Below are positions 1 to 12,834 of a DNA stretch of 64,000 nucleotides, one piece after another. The stretch's first letter is position 1; every line of letters starts with the position of its first letter. Source of the DNA: Mobula hypostoma (lineage: Eukaryota). The translations under genes were made by a program, and so were the position numbers. The stretch spans positions 100,316,001 to 100,380,000 of the forward strand of contig NC_086103.1 of the NCBI RefSeq assembly GCF_963921235.1, written 5' to 3'. The notes beneath the pieces were generated by a model. It worked only from the letters and a program-made list of their open reading frames with translations. It did not search any database and was not told the origin of the DNA.

Positions 1-1070
1 TTGGTCTTTGCGGGACTACAGTATTTTGTCTCTAGTTTAAAAATTTTCCCTTAAAATACTTGTAGAATCTGTTTTGATTACCCTGAATCCTCTCTGAAAT
101 GTTATCTTATGTCCCCCTTCGTGAGTACATTCCTGCATCTCCCATACTCCTCCAGAGATTCACTTGATTCCAGCTGCCTGTACACAATCTATTTTTCCTC
201 CTTTATCCTGTCCAAGGTCTCAATTTCTCTCATCATATGGGTGTTCCCATACTCCTACCACTTTTGCAGTTCAGCAGGAACCTATGGGCCTTGAGCTCTC
301 ACTAACTCACTTTTAAAGCCTCCCACTTGCGTGTGGTCCATTTTTCCATAAGCAACGTTCTCCAATCAACCTTTGTCAGCTCTTGGCTAATGCCATCAAA
401 ATTTGCTTTGCCGCAATTTAGAACTTGAACTTGTGAATGAGTTCTGTCTCTTTCCGTAAGAATTTTGAAGCCAATAAAACAATGGTCATTGGTCCCAAAT
501 TTCTCCTCACAGTGATCCTAGTTATCTGCCAAACCCCATTATCCAAGAGTAGATGGAGCTTTATCCTCTTCCTAAGAGAGCCCTCTTTATATTATCCTAA
601 GAAACTTGCTGTGTGCACAAATAAATTTGTCATTAAAACCTCAGTTAAAATCAATACCAATACCAGGATGGTAACCAGAGAAGAGTTTATTTGTCATATA
701 CGCCAGGAAAACATTACATTCTCTTCCTGCATGCACTTAGCAAATGTTACCCCTTAACAGTATAGCAGTTCCATTCTATGATGGGAAAGTTAAAATCACC
801 TACTTTGACAAGTCTCTTATTTTTACAACTCTCCACATTCTCCCTGCAGATTTCTTCTTCTCATTCCCATTGTTTGCTTGGGGGACCTATAATTCTACCT
901 GAGCAAGGTGACCTTGTTTACTTTGTTTCTTCCTGTTTCTCAGTTCCACCCACAAAGCATCACTGAATGATCCTTTAGAAGTTTTGCGTATGACTATTGC
1001 TGTGATATTTCTGTTAATCAAAAATGCAAATCCCTTCCCTCTCTTCCCTCTAAAGCACATGTACCCTGGA
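1..1070 (-). mobile_element. Degenerate CR1 LINE fragment (ORF2 APE endonuclease/linker region)
   Basis: Reverse complement of 781-803 reads VGDFNFP, and of ~400-430 VQVLNCGKAN. Both match motifs in the better-preserved CR1 copies in this window (MGDFNFP, IFNWGKAN). Confidence 0.6.
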
Positions 1071-1084
1071 ACATTAGTTAGATT

Positions 1085-1291
1085 AGAAGTGATTATTATG
1101 TCTGCCAGTGAAACAGAAATTGGTTGATAGTGAGAAGGTTATCAAATGATTCAGCAGGATATATGTAAATCGGTTGGAAACGTGTTTAGGGACAAGACGG
1201 ATCTGTTGCAATTTGAATACAAGAGAAAAGCATACCATAAATAACAGGATATTTAGAAGTGTTGATGTACACAGGGAACTTGAGGTGCTCC
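1085..1291 (+). mobile_element. Highly degenerate CR1 RT-region fragment
   Basis: 'gaaattggttgatagtgagaaggttatcaa...cagcaggat' and 'gatgtacacagggaacttgaggtgc' resemble the VDSEEG...LQRD and QRDLGV segments of other CR1 copies. Confidence 0.4.
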
Positions 1292-2821
1292 CTTCGAAGT
1301 AAATTTATTATCAAAGTACAGTCATGTCATCATATGTAATGCTGAGGTTCATTTTCTTGTGGCCATACTCAATAAAGCCATATAACAATAACTGTAACAG
1401 AAGCAGTGGAAGATAGAACTAACTTGGCTGTTCATCCAATGTGTAAAAGACAACAAACTGTGCTAACACAAAAAGAAAGAAATATTAATAAATAAGCAAT
1501 AAATACTGGGAACATAAGATGAAGGGTCATTGAAAGAGAGTCTGTAGGTTGTGGGAGCATTTCAATGATGGGCAAGTGACATTGAGTGAAGTTATCCCCA
1601 CTGGTTCAAGAGCCTGATACTGAGGAATAGTAACTCTTCCTGAATCTGGTGGTGTGAGGCCTGAGGCTCCTGACATTCTTCCTGGTGGCAGCAGTGAGAA
1701 GAGAGTATGGCCTGGGTAGTGGGGGGCTTTGATGATGGATGCTGCTTTTCTGTGACAGCATTTTATGTAGATGTGTTCAGTGATAGGGAGGGCCAGTGAT
1801 GTACTGGGCCTTATCCACTACTTTTTGTCGGATTTTCCATTCTAGTGCATTAGTGTTTCCATACCAGGCTGTGAAGCAGCCAGTCAGTATACTCTCCACT
1901 ACTCATCTATAGAAGTTTGACAAAGTTTTAATTGTCATGCCATATCTCCTCAAATTCCTAACTAAGTAGGGCATTGCCATGCTTTCTTTGTAATTGCACT
2001 TACACGCTGGGCCCAGGACAGGTCCCCTGAAATACTAACACCGAGGAATTTAAATTTGCTGAGCCTCTCCACCTCTGATCTCTCTATCAGTACTGGCTCA
2101 TGGACCTCTGGTTTCTTTCTTCTTGGTCTTGCTGACATTGAGTGAGAGGTTGCTGTTATGACACTACCCAGCTAGATTTTCAATCTCCCTCCTATATGCT
2201 GATTCATCACCTCCTTAGATTTGACCTATGACAGTGATGCTGTCAGCAAATTTGAATATGGTGTTGGAGCTGTGCTTAGTCATACAATCATAAGTATAAA
2301 AGGAGTAGAGCAGGGGACTAAGTTTTGTGCTGCACCTGTGCCGATGGAGATTGAGGAGGAGATTGTTGCCAATCTGAAATGACTGGGGTCTACAAGTGAG
2401 GAAAACCAGGATCCAATTGCACAAGGAGTTATTGAAGCCAAGGACGATGAAATTATCGATCAGTTTTGAGGGAATGATGGTATTGAATGCTGAGCTGTAA
2501 TCGATAAAGATCATCCTTTGCTGTCTTGTTATTCCAGGGTTGAGTGTAGAGCTAATAAGATGACATCTGCTGTGGACCTGTTGCTCCAATAGGTAAACTG
2601 GAGCAGATCTAAGTCACTCCTCAGGCAGGAGTTGGTACGTTTCATCACCAACCTCTCAAAACACTTCATAACTGTGGATGTAAGTGCAGGATAATAGTCA
2701 TTGAGGCAGGTCACCGTGGTTTTCTTGGGCATCAGTATAATTAAAGCCTGCTAGAAGCAGGAAGGTACCTCAGACTGCTGAAGTGAGAAGTTAAAGATCT
2801 CAGTGAACACTCCAGCCAGTT

Positions 2822-3652
2822 CAAATCAAATTTAATTGTCATTCAAACCATATATGGATATAACTGAATGAGTCAGCTTTCCTCAGGAGCCAAAGTGCAA
2901 AAATATACCCACACATTCAAAATAATGAGAAAGAAAAAAAGAGAACATAGTTACCTAAAAAAAAAATTAGACCAAGTTCCTGAGATCCAAGTTCCAAGTC
3001 CTGCAAATTAATGGTTCCTGGCAGTCAGCCTGTAATTCCACCGATCCATCATGGGAGGGCAACACTGACAGGAGGGAGCATCCCCAACTGAGCCTGGTTG
3101 CCACTCTACAATGCAAGCCCAAGAACTGAGACCTAATTCTAATTACAACCTATCACTGCCTCCTCACCTCTTCGCACCACCAAACAAGGGAAGCAGGCCT
3201 GTGGCAATCAACGTAGAACAGGGTCTTGTGATTGCAAAAGAATCATCCAAGACAGTCACTCACAGTTTCACTGCATGCCACCTTCGCACCAACTCAAAGG
3301 CACCAAATTAGGTGCCTCCGAGTAGCAGACAGCAGCACAGCTTCTATCCATATCAGCTCATCCAAACCCAATCTTGATGGGTGACTTGAATCCCCAGCCC
3401 AATGGTCTGATTCAACATCCCCAACCCCATAGGCCGATTTGACCCCCTCCCTGGCCTGATCAGTCGATTCACCCTCCATCCCCGCCCAACAGGCCAATTC
3501 GACCTCCTCCCTGGCCTGACTGACCGACAGGACACACCAGCTGGCTACTCCAAACAAAGAGCAGCTCACTGATTCAGTGGGCCTGCTGTACAAGCAGTTG
3601 TTGGAGTAAAGAAGTCTTACTATGTACAAAAACAGATTTAACGTAGTAGAAA
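2822..3652 (-). mobile_element. Non-coding retroposon-like insertion inside the Rex1 element
   Basis: The Rex1 reading ...GQVLKICA / QLAGVFTEIFN... is interrupted at this segment. Its minus-strand end GACAATTAAATTTGATTTG is a LINE-type tail, and no credible ORF is present. Confidence 0.65.
3395..3530. repeat. C-rich minisatellite, ~30-bp units with a 60-bp higher-order period
   Basis: aggccgatttgaccccctccctggcctga (3431) recurs as aggccaattcgacctcctccctggcctga (3491). Confidence 0.7.
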
Positions 3653-4059
3653 AGCACAGATCTTCAGTACTTGACCAGTTACTCAATCTGAGTCAGATAC
3701 TTTTCATGGGTTCATCGTTCTGAAGGCTACGTACACGTCAGCCTCAGAGACTGAAATTGTACGATCTTTGGGGGCTGTGGGAGTTCATGATGGCTCCTCC
3801 ATGTTTTGACGGTCAAAGTGAGCATGGAAGGCATTGAATTCAGCTGGAAGCAAAGCCCTGCTGTCACCTATGTTGCTTGATTTTACTTTATAAGAGGTGA
3901 CAGTATTCAATCCCTGCCAGAATTTTCCAGTGGCAGATGACTGAATGGTCCACTGTGTGTCAATAGTTTGTAACACCTTATTGCCATTATTCAATATATG
4001 GCAATGACCTTATGATCTCCGCCATTGCTGTGGTTAGAGATATTCATGGAACCTCTACA

Positions 4060-4650
4060 ACCTCATGTCTCTTTTCTCAGCAGGCAGACCTGGCAACATT
4101 CACGGGCTGATGAGTGGCTAGTAAGACCTGCACTCGAAATGTGGTAGGTAATCACATTGTCAAAAGTATTGAATATTCTTCAGTGTTGATTCCCTTCAAC
4201 TTTCCAAGGATTGCCAACAATCACAATCTCAACTGATCATATGTGTGTGTAAGAAGCAGGGCATTCTGCAGGACCAGATTAGTCTTTCCATTACTGCAAA
4301 GAAAAAGCCAACATGAAGAGATGCTTTGTTTGCCTAGATGATCATAATGCAAAAAGCTCAAAATGATGTAGGACAAGGCAGCCACTTGATTGAAACCCAA
4401 TGCACAAACAAAATTATTCCCTCCACTGCCATTTGCAAGGCTGAAGTGTACACAATGTACAAAATATGTTTTAGTTAGCTCCAAGATTATTCAACAGCAC
4501 CTCCAAACTTGTAACCTCTACCTTCTAAATGGACAAGGGTATCACCATCCACTTCATGCCTATCACAATCCATGTAATATATCAGCATTATCTCTATGTC
4601 TCTAAACCTAAATTCTGGAACCTCTTACCATCTTAACTTCCAGAACCTTC
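4060..4650 (+). mobile_element. Ancient CR1/L2-like LINE 3' remnant
   Basis: 'gcagacctggcaacattcacgggctgatgagtggctagta' resembles DL.NI..WAD.W.V; the rest is heavily decayed. Confidence 0.35.
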
Positions 4651-6627
4651 TTAATGATGACTAAAGATGGGGGAAATCTACTCTCCTCTCCATGTGCATG
4701 ATACAACTGATGTCTCTTTTCAAACTTCACTATTGCAAATGGTAGCCATAACTTGTATTTTACATCCATCTAGTATTTACATGCTCCACCTGCTTGCTGT
4801 ATGTATTGTGTTGTATGAATAGAGCTCCAGAGCTAGGTGAATTTCAAGTTAAAACTTTTTAAATACAGTTTAATATTGGAGTCTTCATGACAAATTGGAA
4901 GAATGCCCAAGTATTTTCTGAGTACTTAAAACAAGAAAATTTCTAATTTACCTAGTTTTCCTCATCCAATTACTCTAAGTAATCTGTTACTTTATGAAAT
5001 AGTTCACCTATAGCAGATGTTATTTATGAATAATTTATTTAACAATGGGTACCAAGTTTCTGGATCTGGTCCACATTGCACATCAAGCATAAACAAATCA
5101 ACGGGATTCCAGTAGTGAGTTTAGACTGATTGACCTCATTTCAAAGCTTCAATGGATCTTTTTTTTTGTACAAGGGAACCTTTGTAAGACTGAAGTTAAT
5201 GGGAACTGTGAGAGAATTACCTCACTTTAGAGAGCCAGTCCTTGCATATTGAAAGATGCTGTGGTTAAGGAAAGCTAATCACCCAAGGCCCAGGACATTG
5301 GTGCAAGAGATATACTGAACTGTTCCCTCAGCACATTTTCAGCAGATTCATCATTGTCCTTCTCTCCATAAAACACCCATGGAATATTCATAGATGATTG
5401 CAATTGTTAGTTCCATTTTCATTTCTATTAATAAAGTAGCCTGTGCCCAGAAATCACAACACTTGGAAGACATTGAAGAATGAATTTGAAGTTGCAAATA
5501 ATTGTAATATCACACAAATGTCAGGCAAAGAGAAAATTTTAACATTTGATTGAACTACCTTTGCTGATTCTCCCTTCGTTGATATCCGGGTTAATTGGAA
5601 ATTGGAGGTCATTACCAAGAGGACTGTGGGCTGTGGACACAAAAGCCGAGCCTCATCATTTTAAGGACCTTCTGGGATCATATATTAATTTGCAAATATA
5701 TGGAGATTTTTTGGCTGATTTGTTGCATCAACAGATTAGAAAGCTCAGAGAAGCACAGAAAACTTTCATGATCTCTGTGGATTCATCTTTACATCTAATG
5801 CATTGATATAAAAAACACTAATAAGGTAAACAGTGAACAACCTGGTTGAGCGAAAGGTTGGAATGAAAAGGATAGGATGTCATCCTTCAGTTGACTAGAA
5901 TTTTAGCAAAACCTCATCTGGAATATTGTGCACATTGGATGCTGTGCCTGTGTGATAGTAATGTGCAGCAAGTGGCAGTAATATCGGCTGGGCTGGCTTC
6001 AGGATGGTCTTCTCTCACAATGCTTCTTGGAACTCAACCCTCTTATCAGGGAAACAGATAGTAGTTGCATTGTGTGCTGAGCTGCTCAGAGTATCAGAGT
6101 ATATTACCCTGCTTTCCTGGAGCACCCTTTAATAGCAATGGTCAGTAACTGGCAGAAACCACGTCAATAAGTAAGGTGCTAATAGCTTCCTTACAATCCT
6201 TACTCAGGTCAAAGTTATTCTCTGCCTGTGGCTGCCATATAACACTACCCTACATGCATTGCCACAGCGGGCAGATGTCAAATGGATACCAGACATTATG
6301 CCAAAGGAAGAAGATTTGCTTGTCAAGGAATTTTATGAATAGGGTTTATTTCCACATTTTTCTTATTTGTTGAAACAATATATAGAGCAAGAAATAGGGA
6401 GGAAAGCAAATTTTAGCTGGAATTAAAAAACTTAAAATGATCACAAAAGGAGATAAGCAAAACAGCAAACACATGAAGGATATAGGTCCATGAGACGTGT
6501 GTGGGAAGGGGTGAGAATAGTAACAACCTTGGCAAAATTAATCCCGTGTTCATTTACATCAACAAATTTATGCACCCAAGTGGGTAATTGGGTGGGGAAA
6601 AGACATGTTCAGGACAAGCTCATCACT

Positions 6628-7690
6628 CAAGGTTCTAAGTAAATCTATTATCAAAGTACATATATGTCACAACATATGACCTTGACATTCCTTTTCTTGT
6701 GGACATACTCATTAAATCTATAATAGAATAACAACTATAATAGAATCAATGAAAGACCACAGCAGTGTGCAAAAGACAGCAGACTATGCAAATACAAAAA
6801 GAAAGAAATAATAATAGTAAATAAGTGTACAGGGTTGCGTATAAGATGATGAGAGGCATTGATTGTGTGGGTAGTCAGAGGCTTTTTCCCAGGGCTGAAG
6901 TGGTTGCCACAACAGGACACAGGTTTAAGGTGCTGGGGAGCAGGTACAGAGGAGATGTCGGGGTAAGTTTTTTCACGCAGAGAGTGGTGAGTGCGTGGAA
7001 TGGGCTGCCGGCAATGGTGGTGGAGGCAGATATGATAGGGTCTTTTAAGAGACTTTTTGATAGGTACCTGGAGCTTAGAAAAATAGAGGGTTATGGGTAA
7101 GCCTAGTAATTCTAAGGTAGGGACATGTTTGGCACACATTTGTGGGCCGAAGGGCCTGTATTTTGCTGTAGGTTTTCTATGTTTCTATAATAAATAAGTA
7201 GTACTTATCTAGAACATAAGATGAACAGTTCCTGAAAGTGAATCTATAGGTTGTGAGAATATCTCAGTGATGGGGCAAGTGAAGTTGAATGAAGTTGTCC
7301 CCTTTAGTTAAAGAGCCTAATTTTTGTGGGGTAATAACATGACGTGGGTGGTGTGGGACCCAGATAATGCTTGCTGCTTTCTTGTAACAACACTCTATGT
7401 AGATGCATTCAATGACGGGGAGGGCTGTATCCACTACTTTTTGTAGGATTTTGCATTCAAGGACATTGATGTTTCAAACCCAGGTGTGATGCAGCCAGTC
7501 AATATACTCTCCACAACACACCTGTTGAAGTTAGTCATAGTTTTAGATGTCATACTGAATCTACACAAACTCCTAAGGAAGTAGAGGAGCTGCTATGCTT
7601 TCTTCATAATTTCAGTTACAGGACCTCCAAAATAATAACACCGAGGAATATAAAGTTGGCGAACCTCTCCACCTCTGATCCTCTGAATTA
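6628..7690 (-). mobile_element. Rex1/Babar LINE 3' fragment, split by a CR1 insertion
   Basis: Collinear with 1297-2085 (tattatcaaagtaca tail; gcagccagtcaatatactctcc; aacaccgaggaat...ctctccacctctgatc). Confidence 0.8.
6826..7188 (+). mobile_element. CR1 LINE 3' end with TSD TAAATAAG
   Basis: ORF YKMMRGID..LFPRAE..TGHRFKV..FFTQRVVSAWNGLP, 3' motif gggccgaagggcctg, (TTCTATGT)n tail; TAAATAAG at 6818-6825 and 7191-7198. Confidence 0.92.
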
Positions 7691-8134
7691 AAGGACTCAG
7701 AAATGAATGAGTATTTGGAAAGTGTGCAAATACTTAATAAGCACTGCTTATTACTTTGGGCCTATCTCTGCAACATGGTATTTTGCAGGCAGCCCAATAT
7801 GCCAATTGCAATGGAAGAGGCTTTGTACAAGTAATGCAGTCAAAGATCTATTTTACATACACATCACTATGGTAGAATATTGTGAGAAAAGTAAGTGGGA
7901 GGGTAGAGGAAAGAGAAGTCTAGAGATTGGGGGTTCAGGAAGGCCATGAGAGGGTTGTCAGTTTTTGAAAACTTTTAAATCAGGTAAGGACATTAGGGGG
8001 GATGTCATGTTCCAGCCAAAGGGGAGAAGAGTCATAAGTATGAGGAAAATTTACCAGAAAAGATATATTTCTTACCTTAAGTACACCATTCTGATTTGGT
8101 TCACAGCAATGGACTTTACAGATTATATCTAGAT

Positions 8135-8359
8135 TGTGCTGACCATATTAGGTTCCTTTCAGTACAATGATCACCACCCCCCCCGCTCCCCACCCCCTGC
8201 TTAGCACTACGTATTGATCTGTTGTTTGCATGTGCGCTGCTGTCTATGCATGTGCATTGTTCTCTCTTGCTGTCACTATAATGTGAATACACCAGTTAAA
8301 GTCATCTCCCGTGTCCATACTTTTGTTTAATTGATATGTATTTTTGCATAGATACAACA
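8135..8359 (+). repeat. Gypsy 5' LTR (TGT...ACA) followed by decayed PBS
   Basis: Shares gcactac.tattgat, tgtctatgc.tg.gcattgttctctct, tcact..aatgtgaata and agttaaag with 10878-11025. Followed by attgacaacaag, consistent with TGGCGACGAG after CpG-type decay. Confidence 0.75.
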
Positions 8360-8559
8360 AATTGACAACAAGTACGAACCTAAATGTCAGGGAATATCAC
8401 CAACTCCACCGACAGTTACAGGATGAAACAGCAAGAGTTAAACAGCATGAGAAAGTCATCACAGACAATAACAAATGTGTGAGTCCGGTGCATAGTAAGA
8501 GCGAAAGATGTGTGGAATTTAAAGTGAAAGTAACTGGGGGTAGGCTTCAGTCAGGAAAG

Positions 8560-9300
8560 TTAATGAATTTGATAGTGCTAATGAAGACTGGAAGTTGTAA
8601 ATCAAGATGGTTGAACTGTATTGTAATGCATACAACGTGGAAGAGCAAAAGAAAGCCCCTATACTTCTTAATTTAATGGGCCCAAGAATGTAACATCTTT
8701 TACAGAACCTAGTAACCCCTGCAAAGCCAGCAAACAAGACATTTGATGAAATTGTTTCAATTTTACAAAATCCCTTGAGCCCAAACCAACTGGTAATAGC
8801 TAAGAGATTTAGTTTTTACAAAAGGAACCAGTCAAAAGATGAAAGCTTTTCTGAACATATTGCAGAACTGCGCAAAATTTCTCAGTACTGTGACTTTAGA
8901 GATGGACTTTCTGATGCATTAAGGGACAGACTTATATCCAGTATGTATAGTCAATGCACTCAGAAAAGGTTACTGCTAGAAAGAGACCTAAACTTAGAAT
9001 GGGCATTGACCATTGGAATATCATCAGAGACTTCAGCAAAGGATGCAGCAGAACTGCAGTAAAAGAGGTTTAAATATGAAATGCACAAAATAGCCCCAAT
9101 ATGGTTCAAAACCCTAAACATGCTATTGATGTGGCAAATCCTCCCATGATGCAAATGACTGTTGGTTCAAAGAAAAAGCCTGAAGAAAGAGTCACAGGCA
9201 AGGTCACATTGAGAGAATGTGCAGACAAAAAGCACAACCGAGTGAAAACACCCCAACACAAAACTAAGCAAATGCATAAAGTTAACAAATGTAAGCAGAA
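8560..9300 (+). pseudogene. Gypsy gag remnant
   Basis: ORF 8775-9062 LVIAKRFSFYKRNQSKDESFSEHIAELRKISQYCDF..LRDRL..QKRLLLE.DL.LE.AL is typical of Gypsy capsid; stops and frameshifts surround it. Confidence 0.8.
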
Positions 9301-9789
9301 TCAGACAACATTGAGCATGACAAAGGTGAACTGCCATGCCTAGAACTTCATAGTATAACTGAAGCAGATCAAAAAAAATCATCTGAATCACAATAGATGT
9401 GTCCGGTGTAAAACTGAAAATGGAACTGGACACTGGGTCAGCTTGGTCATTAATTCCAGAGGCTGACTACAACCAATTGTTTTCTAAGATACTGTTAAAG
9501 AAGACCTCAGTGATGCTAAAGACTTACACAGGCGAAAGAGTGTCTCCCAAAGGAAATCTGAAGGTAACTGTAATGTAGGGAAGTCAAACACAGCAGTTAG
9601 AGCTTTAAGTATTGAAAAATGGAGGGCCAGCACTTTTCAGATGTGAATGGTTGAGAAAAATCCAACTAGAAAGGCATTCAATCAAAGCTCACAGTGTGGG
9701 ATCAACAAGCAACAGCAGCCCAAATAGTAGCACTTACCAAGGACTGACACAGCTGATTAATGCTAATAGAAGGTGTTTAAGAAGGAAAT

Positions 9790-10500
9790 AGATAAACAGA
9801 TTGAAAGTTGGCCAAAAGCTTTTCGAGATGCTACAAAGTTCAAAATGCACCCCCACAGGCACCATTACACCCATGTGGGTGACAGTTGTCACCATGGCAA
9901 AGACTACGTATTGACTTTGCTGGTCTGTTCATGGACTCCAGGTTTCTGATTGCCATGGATGCTGATTCAAAGTGACCAGAGGTCAAACCAATGGAATCAA
10001 CAAAATCAGCAAAGAGACTCCAGTCCGAGGACTATCTTCACCAGAAATGGCTTACCAAAAACATATTGTGAGTGAAAATACATGTCAGAAGAATTCCAAC
10101 TATTCATGAAGAAAAATGGTATCAGACATTTCAAGTCATCTCCTCACCACCCAGCAACGGATGGGTCAGCTGAAATATTCATCCAATCTTCAAGGAGTCA
10201 GTTAAAGTAATGGGAAAGGAGGATATTTCTCTCTTGCACAGATTAGACAACTTCTTTTTGTGTTTTGGAACTCTGTTCATGCGATGACAAATCAAACACC
10301 AGAAATGCTGTTCATGAACACGACTCTGAGATCTCGCATAGACCTCCTGAGACCAGATCTACTGAGGAAATTGAAGAATAAACAATTCAGCCAGTTGCCA
10401 TGTGAAGCAGCAAGGAGCTTTGAGGTTGGACAGGAAGCCCTAACACGTGATTACTGAGAAGACAAGCGGATACCTGATAGGATAGCTACAAGAACTGGCC
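9790..10500 (+). pseudogene. Gypsy integrase remnant
   Basis: Tail of the zinc-binding region (VQNAPPQAPLHP), IDFAG, and TNQTPEMLFMNTTLRSRIDLLRP. Confidence 0.8.
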
Positions 10501-10877
10501 ACTGTTGTTGGAAATCAGTCATGGAGATGTCATGCGGACCAGGTACTGGATACTCAGCCAAACAACAGACCTGAATCCACTGCATCCAACAAGACAGACA
10601 CATTACAGTAGCTGGACTTACTCTCAGGGATGATATCACTGACAGCAATATGGCACCAGGATTGAGGACATTGTCTTAGACAAGACATCTGCCAAACCTG
10701 ATGCCACTCCACAGGTACAGAGGTCCTATCCCGAAAGAATCAGAGCACCACCCAAAAGACTGAGCCTTAGAACTGTGAAGTTAGTTATGGACTGTTATTG
10801 TGAAAGCATGTTTATTTGGAAGGGAAATTGAATGTTCTGTACAGTTGTATGTTGCATTAATCTAAAGCGGGAGGAAG

Positions 10878-11025
10878 TGTAATGTATGGATCTATTTCTT
10901 TTAGAGCAATGACCTCCCCCCCGCCTTGCACTACATATTGATATGTTGTCTATGCCTGCGCATTGTTCTCTCTCTGCCTCGCTCACTGCAATGTGAATAT
11001 AGGAGTTAAAGCTATCTCTCCCATT
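10878..11025 (+). repeat. Gypsy 3' LTR, truncated
   Basis: Starts TGTAATG directly after the polypurine tract; homologous to the 5' LTR up to about agttaaagctatctc. Confidence 0.75.
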
Positions 11026-11639
11026 CTCAATGTCCTGGGAGAATGCAAAGCAGAAAAGTAAGGCAATAAATGGGAAGAGGAAGTTGATATTGCTGCTATT
11101 GACATGCTGGAGACATAGGAAATGCTGTTGAATCTACTTTTAATGGGACTTTTAATCTGCTACAACTAAAAGTTTATGGGAGCTAGAAGTTTGACATATT
11201 CAAACAAAGACTAAAGGAATTGGATGGTAATTGCCTGATCAGGCTGAAGGCATTGGCAAACAGCCCAGATTTTTTCTGATACAATGCTACCAATCATTTA
11301 ATACTTGGACTAGCCAATGAGAGAAAGTAGGTAAAATTAAATAATGCAGAGGACCTGACATTCAAGAAAGCACATAGAATAGCTAACAATGTGGTATGAA
11401 AAGATTTCATTCTGAGCATAATTGGAAGTATCAAGAAATGTGTCAGGCCACAGAGATGGAAATCATGGGCAGGTAATGATCTAAGGCTGAGTCATTCATG
11501 CTTCAATGCTCTATACACTGAATACATTCAAAATAGAATTCAAAGATGGAAAAGAAAGGTCAGAGGAGTTGATCTCATGACTTCAAAAGAAGAAGAAGAA
11601 TCCAGCGACTTTGGTGAGTCAGAATGAGAGTTTTGATAC

Positions 11640-11775
11640 ACACAAGAGATCCTGCAGGTGTTGGAATTCCAGAGTAACGCACACAAAATGCTGGATGAAT
11701 TCAGCAGGTCAGGCAGCATCTATGGAGAGGAATGGATAAGTCCAGAAGAAGGGTCTCGGCCTGAGACTTCGAGAT
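11640..11775. mobile_element. Penelope-like terminal fragment (minus arm plus inverted degenerate hammerhead segment)
   Basis: cacacaaaatgctggatgaattcagcaggtcaggcagcatctatgga is the reverse complement of the PLE end at 39460-39513; it is followed by agtccagaagaagggtctcggcctgagacttcga. Confidence 0.7.
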
Positions 11776-12834
11776 TATTGATATATGACAACAGCAAAGG
11801 TGTAAAGGTGAAGAACTGTAAGTCACAACCAAAGTAAAGATCAATGTGACCAAATTCAGTTCTTTATCAAATACAGTACATAATCATAATTATTGGTAAG
11901 GATTACTGAACTCTGTGCTAATATTTATGTGAATAGTTTTGGTGAAATGAAAAAAAATGTTGAACAAGAATACATAACACCATCGGCCATAAGACATAAG
12001 AGCAGAATTAGGCCATTTAGTCAATCATTCAACCATGTTTGAACGCAACATGTTCAAAGTCAAGAGATCAGTTGTAGAAGACAATCAGAGAAGCAGATAG
12101 GAAACTGCCCTACCTGTGATTATTAGTGGTTGGATTGGACACCACAAAGGTATCGATTGCCACTTGTTGTGAAGAGTTCTGCAAGTGAAGGGGGCAAGAA
12201 ATCAAGTCAATTTATAGTTGACTCAGTGTTAATAATATGAAGAGTTATTTTGCATCAATTACATTTTTATCTTCTGAAACGTGTTCGATCCAATCACTGC
12301 AGTTTTAGTTGAAAGCTTCTGTTTTCAACAAAGGATGTTTCATTTTTTCACTCAATCTCTTGCTTATGTTTGCAGCAATACCAAAGGACTACAGGTGAGG
12401 TGTCCACCATTCACTTCCCGATAAGATCAGGCAATAGAATATCTATGTATTGATATTTCTATCAGCAAAATGCCATATTTATGAAATGCATCACATGCTG
12501 TGATTTTCATAATTGAAAGAGCAATGTAGATTGAATTAATTTAAAGCTGCAACCAGTGGTGTCTGGATATGTTGACCTTAGCTTATGATGAGTATTTCCA
12601 CATGAGACTTGGTTGACACTCAGCAGCTGGGTTCTCAAGTTATTGTACTGCACAACATTTTTTGTGTAGTACACTGCAGAATCTTATCAAACACCTAATC
12701 ATGTATATCTTCCTACCCTTAACTTCAGATAAGACCACGTTAAGTTTAAATTAGAAAATGTGTGTTTAACTCGAAAATATCAAAAAAGAATTTAGATCAA
12801 ATTTACCTGAATGAATTGTAGTCAGCAACATTCT

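Larger units (their letters stand above)
1292..3960 (-). mobile_element. Rex1/Babar-clade LINE, 5'-truncated and degenerate, split by an insertion at 2822-3652
   Basis: Minus ORFs give [72 protein letters not shown] and FWQGLNTVTSYK..LPAEFNAFHAHFDR, typical of Rex1/Babar RT. The 3' tail TGTACTTTGATAATAAATTTACTT lies at ~1297-1320. Confidence 0.85.
8135..11025 (+). mobile_element. Gypsy LTR retrotransposon, degenerate, with RT/RNase H deleted
   Basis: 5' LTR, decayed PBS, gag, protease (LKMELDTGSA, ~9413-9442), integrase (WQRLRIDFAG..NGLPKHIVSEN..NGIRHFKSSPHHPATDG), PPT AAAGCGGGAGGAAG (10864-10877) and partial 3' LTR. Confidence 0.9.

Noticed and set aside
12376-12394. 19-nt micro-exon between tttgcag and gtgagg
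   Set aside because: Plausible splice signals, but too short to distinguish from chance without transcript data.
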